Position numbers and translations under genes: made by a program. This document shows positions 34,547 to 49,600 of a DNA stretch of 64,000 bases, in pieces. Position 1 is the first letter of the stretch, and the number at the start of each line of letters is the position of its first letter. Source of the stretch: Yuukianura sp. NJ FZ-2021 (taxonomy: Eukaryota); contig CM102284.1 of the NCBI GenBank assembly GCA_046563655.1, forward strand, positions 2,294,001-2,358,000, in the 5' to 3' direction. A model generated the notes under the pieces. The model did no database searches, was not told the DNA's origin, and saw only the letters and a list, made by a program, of their open reading frames with translations.

Positions 34547-37500
34547 TCTTTGGATTTTACGGATTTAAAATTAAACGAAACTTTCAAACTACAATTTTAA
34601 ACTTTCCTTCGTTTTCTGTTTTTTGAATACTTTGGTTTTCTCATTGCTCTAATGTTAAGGTTGTTGCAAACAATTGTTCAGCTGAATAAAATTTTCATTA
34701 TGACGCGTGCAATACTGTATTTTCTACAGCACGGTTTACGTCGATCGTTTTAACTGGACAACAAACTCATGAAATTTAAATTTTAAGTCACAAGGCACGT
34801 CAACTTGGATAGGTTTACACATAATTAAAACTGTAATTATCACCACAATTGCAAAAGCGCATGCTACTCTTCAACATACTTGATTCATCTTTTACTAATT
34901 ACTAAGTTCCAACACTCTGAATGAGCAGTCACATTTCAGTAGCTTTAGTTAGCCAAAACTGTGTTTAAAATTGCCCTAAGTTACCTTCTCAACTACCTCT
35001 CAAAATCAATTTAGTCACAAGCTTTTGAAACCATAAATAGAAATACGTATGCATGCCAATCATCTGCCAAACACTTGCTCATGCAAATTGAAAAGGAAAA
35101 GCGTCAAATCTACAAAATTTGTGCTCATTTCAACTTAATTCCAAATTCAACTCCATGGCTTGCCAAAAGGCTGAAAAACAACGTGATAAAAAAAACGTAA
35201 AAGCCATACGTTTGGCCCACATAAGTTAGTGTCTTAATCCTTCGTTAAGACACTAAACGCACATAAAGTGTGACTTCAAATCAAAGCACCTTTTAAAACT
35301 TAAGAAATTTGTGACTAATCTATTGTCGGTTTGACCGGAAGTAGATTACATCCGGGTCATAGGTCAAGGTCAAGGTTAGTCAAGGTCAAGGTTATAAAGG
35401 TCATTGAAACAATGACCTTTATAAAAGTTGTTCATCTCATCGAGACAAACAGCATTTGTATAAAACAACTGCAAATTGTAATGCACACTACCCATTAATC
35501 AAACTACTCAATCAAAAGAAAGCTCTGTTTTCATCTTAAGTCTAGTTTAGGTTACGTTTTGCTGAGTTAGCCCGTTTTCCTTTTGTTCCGAATGATAAAT
35601 TGAAGTGAAATGGTAAGGATAGACTTGCAGAATAAATGAGCTTATGCCTTTCCATTTCTTTTTTTCTTTTGTTACTTTCTAGAAACTGAAACTTTCATTT
35701 TCTCACTTTCTCAATCCTCTCGAGACTTTCACTTTTACCGATCCAAGTGAGAAAATTCGCACTTTCACTTTTCCCATTGACTTTAGCTTTCTCTGCTCCT
35801 TGGAATTTCAAATTCTCCAACAATGTTCCTGCTCAAAAAGAAAAGTAAAGGAAAAAAGAATGGAAAAGGTGAGTAACGGAAATTTATTGCCAAAGAGCAA
35901 AGGTGTGTTGAACAAAAAATATTCTGATGTTAAGCGTTAACCGTGAAAAGCGCTGGATTTTCAACCACTCAACTGGAAGTTTAGTCAAACCTTTTTTCTC
36001 CATTTTTGAAAACTCAGAAATACGGAAAGGAATCCTCCTTTTGTCTGTTTTTTAAGGAAATGGGGATATTTCAATTTCAGCTTTTCAAGAGGGAAAAGCT
36101 TAAGCTTCAAGTTCCTTTTTGAAAAAAAAAAACTTTTTTCTCCAGAAATGGAATTGTGAAGCTCTTTGGGTTTATCCTGGAATTCACGAATGAAACAACC
36201 TATCTGTTCATTTCTATCATTCAAAAGGCGGATGAGAAAGTAAGTCGCTTTGAAAAATGGACCAAATCTTCTCCTTGATTCCATCCTCATCTTCTAACCT
36301 AAAGAAAGAAGAGGGACTTTGTCTAACCCGTAACCCGTCGTTTTTGTACGGGTATCTACATACCAAATCTTAATGGACGAACACGGTCACTGTGGAATAA
36401 AACATATTATGCAAATAAAATCCAGAAGCGAAACACTCATCACCGGACGCTTTTGAACGGCTATCTAAGAACTACGAAGTGTAGAGCTTTCTTATCACGG
36501 AAACATTTAAACCGCACTGTAATTTACTTTTTTCTATTATTCAGCTTTGGTCAGTTGTGTGCAGCCAGAAACAGAAGCAAGTCTTTAGGCGACCGTCCAA
36601 AAACGTCAGGAACCATCGTACAAGAAACAGATAGCATGAGTGAACCAGGAAATTCATTGTTCAGAGCTCTCACGAATTACGCGCAGCTCAAAAGTAAATT
36701 CACTTTCTGTCAAGTGCCCTTATCAACTCACTCAACTTACAAAATCCTCTGGAAAAGTTTTCCTTTCAAGAAAAATTTGCAACTCCCGGCTTAAAATTTG
36801 AACAGTTTTACTAATCTTCATTTTTCAGCGCTAAAAAGTTAAACCGGAACATGAAACGCGACGACCGAGAACAAAATTTCAAATTTTCTCGACTCTGTAT
36901 TACTCTCACCCATAGAAATTCCTTATGCCTTTTGCACGTCCAAACTGAAAACTAATCTTTGGCATTTTTGACAGTGATTTGACAGTGTCCATGCTAATGG
37001 AAACATTTTTCATTTATTTTTATCATCAAGAAACAGCAAGTAGTTGATTTTAAATTCTCCTCCACTAAATTCGGAAAACACAAAACGCGTGTAAATTGCG
37101 TTTCATAAAACTCAAAAAAAAGAATGAAGGAAGCCATTTTTTTTTACAACAATTTCGAATGCAGAAGGCAACATTTATTATTATTACACAAGAATTAGGC
37201 ACAAAATTTATTTCTTTATAATTTTTAAAATTTTATTCCTTAAAAAGTTAATAATATTTTATATTTATCTCAGGAAACTCATACTCTACATGACGCTAAC
37301 AGTTTTTTCTTTCAAAAACAATTTAACGCCCAGGTCAGAGGATAGATTATTTCCAAAAGTTTTTCAAATTGACTCGGACATGTGCGATTAAGAAGTTTGT
37401 GAAAGTTGGAGAGAAAGTAAAGCGGGAGCTTATGCCAACTGGAATCGACTTTCCAGACAGACGGTTTTTAACGTACAGGTTTCTATGACAGGCTCAAACA

Positions 37501-40270
37501 AAAACTTTCTCTTAACTTTTCTTTACTTTTACCCCGACCGAGACCGAGGCTGAAACTTCCCGCTTTTTGAAGTTTGATATTTCATTCTTCCACTTTTCTT
37601 TTCAAAAAGTTTATTCTTGCCGTCGTTTCTCGAGTTTGTTCAATTCCCTCGGCACAATGCTAATTAGCCTTTGACCCTCGAGAATTTGGAAATGTGAAGA
37701 TGATCAACAAGAACACGTCAGTTGAAACAGCAAGAAATCGAAAGTCGGAGAGTTTGACTTTTTGACTTTCTTGAAACCCCTTGACTTTAGAATTGGAAAC
37801 TTAGACTGAACGTGGTTCATCGAAATAAGTTTTGTTAAGGGGAGAAAGTGCATAGTAAATTGGAACATTGCTTCTGCTTCAGACGTTTTTTCGAACAGGC
37901 ATTTATAGGAATTTCAAAGGAATAGAAACGATTCACTCCTATCGGAATTCAGAGCCAGATCCAAATTCCTTTTGTCTTTTCTCCGACTTCCTAATTCCCA
38001 CGCTCGCTCTCGTACTATTCTGCACTTTTTCCAACTTCTAAAAGTACAATAAAAAGAAACACGTACTTTTTAAGTTTCTGAAATGTCACAGAGGTCAGCC
38101 AGCGTTATTGTTAAGAAACGATACGCTCGATGTCGAACCTTTAATTAAAGTAACGTGTAAAGTTTAATTAAAGTAACCTAAAAATTAAAGTAAAAAGTAA
38201 AAAAAAATGTTAAACTGAAATTCAATCAAAAATGCTGGCAAATCTTTAGAAATTTCTTGCATCCTAATATTTAAACTGTTAGGTTTAACTAAAATTCTGA
38301 TTTTGAAAAGTTTTATAATGTTTTGTTTAAATGTAATTTCAAACTTTTCATTGAAAAAATGTTGTGAGGACACAGTTCAGAATGCTCGGTTTTTGCTGTC
38401 GACGACAGTACAGTTGTTGGAATGCACTTTGTAAAATCTACATTCTTAAAGCTTTTCTACTCTCTAGACACATCCAATCCTGAATTTTGAAAGCGAATGA
38501 CTAATGAGTACAGCTCGTTTATCATGTCGCTTTTATTTCTCATTCTCGCGCTCTTTTCTTTTCGTCTTCATCTCTTCTCAAACCTAAGTTACGCTAGACT
38601 TTCTCTTTTCTCCTATTCGCGCTCTTTTTTAAGTCTCATAATGCCCCTACTTTTCAGCGCTCTTTTCCCCATCGTATTCTCTCTAGTCTTCCTTTCTCTC
38701 ACTCTCATAATTTCTCTCCTGCATTCCTCCGTGTCGTTTTCCCTGTTCAAAGTGGGTGCACTTTGGATTAATTGATAATGCAGAAGCCTCATTTGACGAA
38801 CGAGCGGGAAAGGCGCAGAGTGGGCTCATTTGACGCTTCAAAGGGAATTTGTGAGGATTAACCACCGAATGTCCTAATGGGGATAAATACCAACTAAACA
38901 GCTTTTGTCCACTTGCTCCACAGGGGAAGCCTTCGGCTGAAAAGCAGAGGGAGAGGAAAACGTGTTTTGGATTTGAAATGGAGCACAACTGGTGCTTCGT
39001 TGCTGTAGAAGTCCGGAAGAAACTTTCACTAATGCTCTCTGCATACAAATCAAGAAAGAACCAAATGGGAACGACTCCATAATAACTACGGGTTTCCATA
39101 TCCTCACACAACCCACAATTTCCCATTACTAACTTTCCCTCCCTCCTCCTCCTGGCCACAGCCTTTGTTTCCTCTTACTTTTCCATTTACTTTCTCCTAA
39201 CCAACCCCCATTGCTCCTGCTTTCTCCTGGGGCCCTTCCTTTTGAAACTCAATTTTCACAAAACGTGTTCTTCCCTTTCAAACAATTTTTGCAAAAAGTA
39301 AAAAAAACGAAAAGAAGAAGAGGTTTTGAGTTTTGTCTTCCTCTAGTATGGTTTTTTGTACTGTCAGATTCAGTTCTGCTTTTTGTTGGAAAATATTTTA
39401 GGCGGGAAAATTTTTCAGAATTATTTGTTCAGAAATTCTTTGCTTTTGTGCTAATTCTTAAATGAAAAAATTTAGGTCGGTTTTTAGGAAATTAATTTTA
39501 GTTTTTTGGCAAGAGCTGTAAGTGTTTTGAGAACAATTAGATTTGTTGAATGCTCTTGGCTCTAGATAATTTTTTTTGAAAAGTGGAAAACCCTCTCTCT
39601 CTTTTTTTTTTTTAGCATTTTTAAAAAACTTGTTCTTTAAAATTTCTTGCGTCATTTCCCTTGTGCCAAATCATTAGTTTCCAAAGTTATGACACGCTGA
39701 GATTCTATTTTTGTTCGTTTTTCGTTCGTAGGCGTTATTTATTGCTTCCTGGTGCTCACTCCATTGTGTTTCCGGTGTGTTCCACTTCGGCAGGGACATT
39801 TGAAGTTTAAACTTTTGCAGGAACTGGAACTTTCTCCTTGGAGAAGTGTGAGGATGCGCGTGTGTTTCACTGTCAGTAGAATCTTATAAAAGTGGATCAC
39901 AGGGCTCTCACGCTCTTCAGAGTTCCAAATGTACCCTGCTTTTTCACTTTTCGACAAGGGCGACTGGATTTGGTTTTGAAGCAACCAGAAAACAAGAAGA
40001 TTTGGTTCCACTTGTCAACAGAAAAGCTAAAGTGTTTGAGTCACCCATGCAACAGATAGTTACTCCCGCTAAGTCTTTCTGTAAATTAGAATTACTGAAG
40101 TGTTTCAAAAAACACAGCGCGTGTCGTTCTTTACTTTTTGCCAGAAAGTTTTAATGAGGAACAAGTTGGAAAGTTTTTGAGTTTCAGTTTTCCGAGTTTA
40201 ATTTTTTTTAAACTTGTTTCTTTGAAATGGTTTTAAGTGAAGGATGAGGGTGTGAACAAACACTTGGAAA

Positions 40271-40526
40271 ATGGCGCCAGTGGGTCGGTTGTTGTTGCTG
40301 TTAGTGGCAGTAGTGGATTTGATTTTTCAAAGTCGTTCTGAAGCGGGAGAAGAACGTGCAAGTGACCATGTGACATTGGCGGGGTCACTTGAAGAGGAAA
40401 TGAAGTGCGTATGTGACGGTGGCTGTGAAAGTGTGCTTGAAGAGGACTGTCCGTGGGGACTTACGCTTGATGTCTGTCGATGCTGCTTTTTATGTGCTCG
40501 TGGCCAAGGAGAACCATGCGGTGGAG
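40271..40526 (+). CDS. First exon: signal peptide plus IGFBP domain (CRIM1 / IGFBP-related protein); downstream exons not located
   Basis: MAPVGRLLLLLVAVV signal; CVC..C..CPWGLTLDVCRCCFLCARGQGEPCGG is the IGFBP-type CxCCxxCA..GE.CGG pattern; phase-1 donor GGAG|GTAAAA at 40526/40527. Confidence 0.75.
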
Positions 40527-43500
40527 GTAAAATTCAAAAAAAAAAGTTTTCGAGAATCGCAAAAAAAAAAAGAAAAAAGAAAAAAGAAAACTTGCATTTC
40601 TATCTGAAAAAGTAACATTTGACATAAACCTTTGCGGTTAGAGGTATGGTTGCACAAATTTTGGACACTTTTTTAACTGAAGTTTTAAAGTACTTTTGTA
40701 AGGTTTTTGCGCTTTTTTTTTTGGTTTGTGTTGTGGAAATTTTTTCCGCTAAATTTAAAACGAACGACAATGTATTTTTCCACTTCCATTTCGCCCTCTC
40801 CCTGGATTTCTGGGGAGGTTTTTTGCATTGTGGAAGTGACTATTTATTTGAGTCCTCGTTGTGTGCCATTTTGTGTCGCGAGTGGATGTGACTTTGGCGG
40901 CTGGGGGAATGTTGATATTTGGAAATTGGATGACATTCTTCCTCCGGCCATTGACATTCTGATTCCATTCTGAATCTGTGTCTCCCTGTCATTTTCAGTC
41001 CATGGAACCTGTGCTTCTGGATTGACATGTAGCTGGGACCACCAACCCACCCAACACGCAGATCCCACCAAGGCTGGATCCTGTCAACGTAAGTCACTCC
41101 GACTTCAAACAGAATCCTATTCCACTTCCTTCCAGCCATTTTCAAAAAGTTCTCTCAAAAATTTCCGCTCCAACAAGTCCTTGACACTACAAATCTAATG
41201 TGACCTAGTACTTCGTTTTTAAATCTTTGAAAATATAAAAAAAATGTATCAAAAGCTAAAAAAAATGGAAAAGGAAAACACAAATTCCTTTAAAATTGAA
41301 ACAAATGTTAACCTATAGTCCCTTTTTTACAAGATTCCGAAGCGAATTTGAAACAAACAGAACTGAAACCTAATCTGCAGTTCTTTCCTAGCCTTCGTTT
41401 GAAATAGACTTTGTTAGCGGAAACACGAAACCGTGAAAATTGGACCAATTTGAGCATAATTGATTTCTTTTGAACTTTTCATAGGACACAGACGGAGGGG
41501 GCGGAGAAAGTAAGGGGGTGGGAGAAGCCCTGGGGAGTTGCCGACCTCTGCGGATCCAGTTGACCTTAGGTGCTTCATACGAGGTGACTGCGACAGTCGG
41601 ATCTCCGGATTACCCACCACTATTTCCTCTCACTACTCTTCATATCTGAAATGGAACTGAAGAGGCTCATCATTTTCACCATTTCTGTATCTTGTCTGTA
41701 TATCTGCAACAGATCAATAAATCAATGACTGTTACACCTACACAGAACCACTTGGACTCAGTCTCACAGTCCAAATCACATCAAAATGAGCATCACCAGA
41801 AACAGTTTCCTCCTCCATTCCCACCGTAATCCTCAACTACTGGTCATCCGGAGGCTTAAATGGAGTAGGGTTCGGCATTCCCCGCATCCCAAATACCCAC
41901 TGGGCATTTCATACCTTGGGCAGAATTATAACTTTGTATCCCTTTTCTCAATTTTTCCTGAGCATTGTCTTTTTTTATGTACTTTCTTGTAGTTTTCGGT
42001 GAGATTTTGATTGAAATTTAGGAGAAAATTGGTTGAAATTAAAAAACTTTACTTTTATGTGAGCTTCTGTTTTTCATTTGTAACTTCCTTCTACAGCTTT
42101 TACAGATTTCTACGTTCTACAGATTTCTACAGCTAATAGTTGCGTTCGAGATTTTAGCCAAGTCGGTATTGGCATTCTGTTGAGGGGATTTAGTGAATGC
42201 TTCACATTTGTCTCTCGGTAATGATTCAAACCGTTTTTGAAAAGTTAGAGCTACGTTTGGTAAAAGCTGAACTGCGTGAATTTTTGTAGTATTGGTAAAA
42301 GAGTAGCTGCTTGTTTTAAAATGGCGGGAAAACGAAGTTTTTAATTAATTTTAGAAATGACAGATGTGCCCTGTGGGTTTGTGGGGATCTGGTGCTGGTT
42401 AACTGTGGTTCTTGGATAGTTGGACATTGGATAGAATAGAATCTTGAAATGATCTCATCAAACTCTTGAGAATTAGCGAACCAAGTTCAGTTTGAGCAAA
42501 TAGAGAGTACGGCATTCTTGTGACTCAAGGACTTTTCTTTGAGTCGAAAGTAATCAAATTAAGAGGACTCTTCATACATAAGTGTCGTCAAATAGAAATC
42601 CAATTTCTTTGCATCCGACTTCAAAAGTTGAGGGGTACAAACTTGGAACGGGAACTTTCTCAACTATTTTCCGTTCCTGATCAAATAAAGTCTCTAATCA
42701 AAAACTAAATTATAACATCACTTTCTGCTTCTCTGAATTCAATTTCTCCCACTCCACGCTTGTCTGCTCTCCTTTTTCAAACTAACCGCCATACCTTTCT
42801 TGTGCCAAAAATTCCAACGTTTTCAAAAAGTCGGAAACAATTTTCATCAACTGGAAAAAGACATAATTATTTCCAAAAAAATATTATTCAAATCATGCTT
42901 TTTTTAGTGCTAAGTTCGAGATATAAAAAGTTTTCAGATTTTTTTCTACGCCGGAATTTTCTGGTTTCAGTTCCGCTTCTTTTTGCTAGCTGTTGAAAAG
43001 TTTGTTCAATTTGTTTGAATTTTATTGCCGCTTGAGAGGGCAGGAAATTCAAATAAGTGTGGAGATTTGAGTCAAATAAATTTTAATGAGGAAGACATCC
43101 TTCAATTTATGACTCTCGCGCTCTCCCACGAGAGACTCCAGTCCCGTAATTCTTTATTAATTTGAAGGAACCTTAATTTTATGGCGGCCCATTACGTTGT
43201 TCCTAACACTAAATTTGGCGGGAAAGTTGGTGCGGTGTTTAGTTTTGGGGAAATTTGAGAAAACAAAACCGGAAATTACTTGTGCGTTCGTGGTGGGAGG
43301 GAGGTGAACCTACTTTACAGTTTTCCATTTCCGCTTGTCACTCCGCTCAGGAGAACCTTTAAGCCATTTCGTATCTTCTTCAAATGAAAACCTCATAAAT
43401 TTTGCTTAACAAGAACATGCTGGTTTCTTAACTCGAAATGTTATTTGCACAACTTAAAGTACCCTAAAATATATTATAAAACATACAAATTTTGTGAACA

Positions 43501-46266
43501 ACCCTCCCACGCTTTTATCCTAAAGCAGCTGGCGCACAAATTTCGTCGTCAAGTGAAACCGCTGATAATGTTACCACAAAAATTTTGATTGTAAAAGAAA
43601 TCTTGTTTGTACATACTAATACAAATACTGGAGTTTCAAAACTCAACATAATTTTCGCGCCATTCGAGTATAAGTGCAGTTTTAGTTACGTGTTAGCAGA
43701 ATAAACTGATTAACACAGAACTACTTTTTTCTTAGTTGTATTTCCAACTTTCTGATGCTTTATTGGTTATTATAAGAAAGATTCTACACTTTCAGTAAAA
43801 AAAACTTTCCAACTTTCTTGTTTCAATTTATGTTTTTGGCGACACATTTTGCTCAGTTCGGTAGTGAAACGTTTTTCCGAATTTTATTTTACATAGTTGT
43901 TGGGGCGTGGCTAATATCTAGACGCAGAGATAGTAAGTTTTAAGACGGTTGTAGTTTTTTTCCTACGTTTTTTTGTACCACCGTAAATGTTTTTGGCGTG
44001 TCAAAGTGATTTTCGCAAAATTTTCCGGCTGTGTGCACAGGTCTATAGCTTCCAAAAAGTTTAACTTTGTAGTGGTTGTAGTTTGTTTCCATGTTTTTGG
44101 CAAAAGTGTGAATTATTAAACAGTTTGACGACGTTTGAAAGTGAAGGGGTGAGTGAAAGGGAACAGAAGTTTGCGAAACTCAATGCCATTTCCACTTTTA
44201 CTTTTGTTCAACTTTCTTTTCTTCTCACGAAACGTGAAAGTTTGTCGCAAAGAGTCAAGTGTTGACTCTTTCTGTCTGTAGCATTTTATTGTTCCCTACA
44301 AAATGCGTCGTCACTTGTGCAAATATTCTCAGTTTCATTCAAAATGACTACGGGAAAGAAGGTCCTCAGGGGAATTGGCAATTTGACACGAACTCTCAAC
44401 CAAGTTGATTTTCTCTGTGTTGACATCTCCTGCTTTACTTTTTCCAAAAAGATGTGCGTAGTAAACTTATTGTGTACATAGAACGAGAATCTTAAAAAAC
44501 TTGTTTTCTGAGGAGCTTTCACTTGTCAACTCCCTTTCAAATTAAGCCTTTTGTGCCCAGCACAACCACTTTTGGGCTTCTTTTTTCTATTTTCCTTTCA
44601 CAATTTGTTTGTTCCCAAAGCCTGCACTTACTTGTTGGTTGTCAGTTACGTAAGTAGGGCCCTCCACTTCTAAGGTCTCAGACGCAGCATGGAAGAAACA
44701 AACGAAGATTTATGGAAACATGCTCCCTCAGCCTTATTTACAGGAACAAGCACAGGAGTATGTTCTACGATGACTTTGGCGCGACAGATGTGAGTTACGA
44801 TGCCGTTTTCCGCGCGGAAAAAAATTATTCCGAGTTCGGCATTTTCGGGAGAACCTTGGAAAAACATGTTGTTCAAATTGAAATCCCAATAGTTGGTAAT
44901 AATATGGGTGCCGTTACCAGCTTGTACCAGTTTTCGTTTTACCTAGGATAACGTAAAACAGGCTACGATAGGTAACCAAGGTTACTGTAGGTTAGACTAA
45001 CCTATAGTAACAGCTCGCGATAACCCAGAAGAGCCGGAAGCTAGAGCCACATCTGTGTAGAATGAGAGCCTTTTGATGTTCAAAAGCCGACGGATTTGAG
45101 AGGAATTGACGAAATTGTCATGGAAACACGTTTTGTCCTGGAGGGAATAACGTGAATAAGTTATGAGATCCAGAATTGACATTCTTCTTTGAGAAAGGAA
45201 ACAAAATTGGAAAAGGTAGAAAGAAGAAGGCAAAGGAAAAACCTGGAGGAAACGCGGGATTTTTTATTTGAACAAATTTCTTTGAGGACAGAGGTTTTTT
45301 TTTTGAAAAAGGAGGGAGTAACTATGGTGGATTAAAATTCATAATTTGAAGAAATCTGGCTCAAACCGGAAAGCGGGAAACAGCTTTGAACGTGGACGTG
45401 GCTGCAGTATATGAAGGAATGCTGATGGTGTGCTCGCAGGAAGCCATTTAGATAACGAGCTTGGAATAGAGAATCCAATTACCATCTGCTTAGCTAAAAC
45501 CTACCCTATTCTCCACCATATCGCAGCTCCTTTCTCCACACTTTCATTTCTTAAAACTTTCTCTTTTGAAAGATCCTTGTCAATTAATAGCCGCACTTCA
45601 CCCATCTCTCCTAGGAAACGTTCAGAAATAAGAGAAAAAGATAAAAACTGCTACGAAAGATAATAAAAATACAAAAAAATATGAACAACACTTAAAAAAA
45701 GAATAAAGTGATATTAAAGAAAAACGCTTACTGAAAATGAAATACTGAAAAAAGTACTAAAAATAGTAAGACGACTACTAAACATATACTCAAAAGGATA
45801 CTCAATAAAATTCGTAACATAAACAAAGAACAAACGTAGTAGACCAACCCTAAGAAAGCTAACAAAACGACTCAACTGCTGGAAAAACCAGTGAAGCAGT
45901 AATTTAAACTGTGGTTCCATGCCATTGCTCCGAATAAATTCCTCCGAAGCGCATTGCTCCGAATAAATTGGCACGAAAACAATTGCTCCAAAATGTAAAT
46001 TGATTATGTATATCTTTGACAGTGAAGATTCCATACGCGTGCGTTTTCACACCGACGGTTCGTCCTCGAGAGTTTAATTTAAAAAAAAATTCTGCTTGCG
46101 GAGAATTTCATAACGTAAATGTCTTGTACAGATTAAAATCTTCTCAAACTTCTGTAAAAGTTTTTGTCTGCTTTTCGTCATTGTTTTAGCATTTTACTTA
46201 CTCAAAACAAAACTTTGCCGTCAACTTCAATGTTTAGGCATTTTGAATATAAGTTTCAGAATTTTA

Positions 46267-46630
46267 AAAAGTTTCCACTTTCCTCAGTTTTAAGCTGATG
46301 AAAAACTGAAAGATCCATTTGAAAACAAGAAATTGTGGAGTTTAAAAGCGGATGTTTTAATTGAGCTTTTGAACCTCCGCGCCTCTCTGTTCTGGAACGA
46401 AGTCAAAGCAGACTTTCTCTTTGCCCTTATTCCAATTTCTTTTGATTTACATAAATCTACGTCTCCTCCGTTGACTCTTCTATTCCTGCTTTAATCCAGG
46501 ACAAACAAAGGAGGTCACGAAAGGTCAACTAGTGTTTGATGTAGAGGAATCCGAGTTCTGTTCCATTTGCACAACCAAATTAGCTGAAGAAATGGACGGA
46601 GTGTGCATGTGAATCAAAGAGAAAGTCTTC
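46267..46630 (+). promoter_or_regulatory. Duplicated non-coding element, copy 1, containing DR4 AGGTCA-CGAA-AGGTCA (46512-46527)
   Basis: Aligns by eye over ~360 bp to 51084-51435. Confidence 0.55.
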
Positions 46631-49600
46631 CAACGGAGTTTATTATTTCCAGACTTTCTCTAGGGAGACATTCAGAAACAGCTGAAATCCTTGCCGTTAG
46701 TCAAACTCTATTGTTCCCTCTTTCCCTATTGCTAACTTACTTATTCTTTCAAAAGGAAATTTAGGCAATTGCTTTCTTTGATTCATAGTTCAATTCCAAC
46801 AAACTAATTCACTCCAAACTCACTGCGCAGCTTCTTTTAACTTTTCTTATTTACTTAAAAGTTTCCCTTAATTTCATTCCAAAAAAAAATCTGTAGAATT
46901 GTGTCACAAGAAAAGCGGGTTTTAAAGTGTAAGAATTTTTGAAAAGGTTTGACTTTTTTTCATGTTTTTGAAGACAGTGATTCAGTTCTGGTTTTGAACA
47001 CAAGAGAAAGTGCTGCTTTCATCTTTGCAATTGACTTTTCTGCCCGAGGGAACACGGGGAAACGGAAACTAATTTTCTTTGGTTTTGGCCTAAAGGAAAC
47101 TTTCTTCTTGCTTCGACACCTTTTGGCTCTCTTCCTTGCCGGAACGGAGAAAATGCAAAAGCCGCGGCGGAAATGAATATTAAATTCCAAGGTTTGGAAC
47201 TCCAGGTGCTGAGAGCGGCAGTTTTGAAATTGCAAAGACAAAAGAGTTTTCGTTTGTGCAAAAGTGAAAGCCAAGCTGCTGAGCTCTTCCCTGGCTCGCT
47301 TTTTTGTTTTCCTTAACTTTCACCGTAGATTTAAACTTTGGCTGGATTAAAATCTGTTTTCTTTTGTAAAGTAAACTTAGAAAACTCAAATTGTATTAAA
47401 AAAACACAACTCATTTATATTTTAGAAAGTTTCATTTTTGTATTATACATATTAAGAAACAGTTTGTAAATATTTTTTAAATGTTGTGAGCCAATTTCCC
47501 TAACAGCTGTACACTTTTCAGTTAACTTTTACAATAATTGCAAAAGTAATTTCCGTTGAAACAAATCTTAGTTACTCACCTTTCTTTAATTTTCACCGTT
47601 TGAGTTACATTCATTATGCGATTTATATAAAATGCTATGCATACGCTATGTTGTTTGTGTTATATTTTTCTTGCATTTGTAATCATGATTGTATGTGACC
47701 TAATACTCTGCTGATGCCCCGTGATATGGATTCTTTGTAGTCGATCGAACAAAAATTAGCAATGCTAAATTGCAAAAAGTTTCGAGTTTGCAGATTCATT
47801 ATTAGGTCAATTTTGCTTTGCAAAACGTTTGAATATTCATGTTCCTTCAAAATCAATACATGCAAGCCATACCTCAACAATTACTTTGAGAAAACCATTT
47901 GCAAAATTTGGTGAAGTTTTTCGAAATAGTGACGTAGAGCAATGCTTTGATTCCGTCATGCTTACAATTAGTTAACTTGTTTAAGGAACTGCAAGTATTA
48001 TATACTATAACAGTATTTTATTAGTAACTCAACTACTACTAGTGAAGGTAGAAAAATTTAATTTGCAGAACACAACTTTGTGCTTTAAATAAACAGGTCT
48101 CTTCCGTTTCTGTTTGGCTTTCAATCTCTGTGGTTTTTGGTAGTTCACTTGATTGCTCTTCCTTCCAATGCGAAGTAAAGAGGAAGTGAATGTTGCAAAT
48201 AGTTTCCTTTGTTTTCCTAACGACCAAAACTAATTTGGCGCTGGATCTACGAAACAAGCACACCAAAAGCCAAGACTCATGAAATTGCCTGGTTTTCTCC
48301 ATTAGAGTGTCAGTGGGTAAAGCAGATGAGACAAACTCAGTTCCGCCTTTGTTGCGGTTATGAACAAAATCTAATTTCAAAGGCGCCACAGTCACAAAGG
48401 ATTGGAATCCGCAAGGATCAATTTAGATCAAACAACCGCCAAGTCTAAGCCATTTTTGGGCCACACAAACTTCAAACAACAAAAGCAAAACAATTTTCCA
48501 AAACCAAACTACAAATCCTTTTCTTCCATTTCTTGCCTCAAAGAAATTTTGAGTTAAATCCAACTCAAAAATTTCTACCACAATTAGATCATATATAAAA
48601 ATGAATCCAAACCTTAGAAAATTTCATCAGCACATAAAGCTACAACAACATTGGGTAACGTCCTCAACATGTACATGAATTTGGCAACTTCTCACATGGA
48701 TGTCATTACGCAAACTTGACTTAACATTACACAACAGAGAAAACATATAACTCTACAGTATTTATTAGCATCAGAAATTAAAATAAATTTCAAAGTGACG
48801 TACAAATTTCCGACTTAAGTGAAAGGATATGCTTGACTCAAAATATATGTCGCTGTTGTTGTTTAGTTTTATGTGACATTAGTTTTCTGAAAGCAGCTGT
48901 CTCCTCTTAATTTAATTGTATCCATTTAGTTGTTGTGCATAATTAAAGTTGTTTCAGAGTACTTTGTTGGAGCGAGTCCCTTTGTGTTGACGCAGGAGTA
49001 ATGCCAGGCACTTTAAGCTCGAAAGTAGCTCTCCATTCTGTTTTAATCGCTTCAATTTGGAGAAACTGGGGAGAGTGAGGCATTATCCTTTGACGGCTTC
49101 CATGTGACTGAAAGCAGACTTAACGCCCGTCATTCACTTCCTCTTTTCACGCTCTGTGAAGAAAATAAAGAGGCTTTACTCCCGAAGATAATTTTAATTA
49201 AACTTCACCTCCACTTTCACTCAAGAAATTCCCGGGAAAATTCAATTTTTACTTTATGAAAGTTCCTTTTATCTTACAAATTCTTACAAGTAGTTGAGAA
49301 TTCACCTGAAACTAGCCTCTAGGTTCAAGTTATCATAGTTAAGCTCAAGTTAGAAGGTTAGGTTAAGGTTGCTTGTCTAACTAATTCAAACCTAGTAAGA
49401 GTATGTTTAGTTAGTATGACCGCTAGAGTTGCTCTGATGAGAGAAAGAAGCGAGTATTTGAGTCTCAAGTGGGCCTTCGAGAGTGACTGGAATTGTGGAT
49501 TTTATTGTGTGAAACGGATGCTTCCCTGGAGTACCCACTTTCATGAAGAGATAAAACCCAAATGGAAATTCAATAGACACTTCAAACCTCACTTTGTACG

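Noticed and set aside
45923-46000. CATTGCTCCGAATAAATT repeats at a 29-bp period that look CRISPR-like
   Set aside because: Only 2-3 units with 11-bp spacers, a eukaryotic context and no cas genes; more likely TE subterminal repeats.
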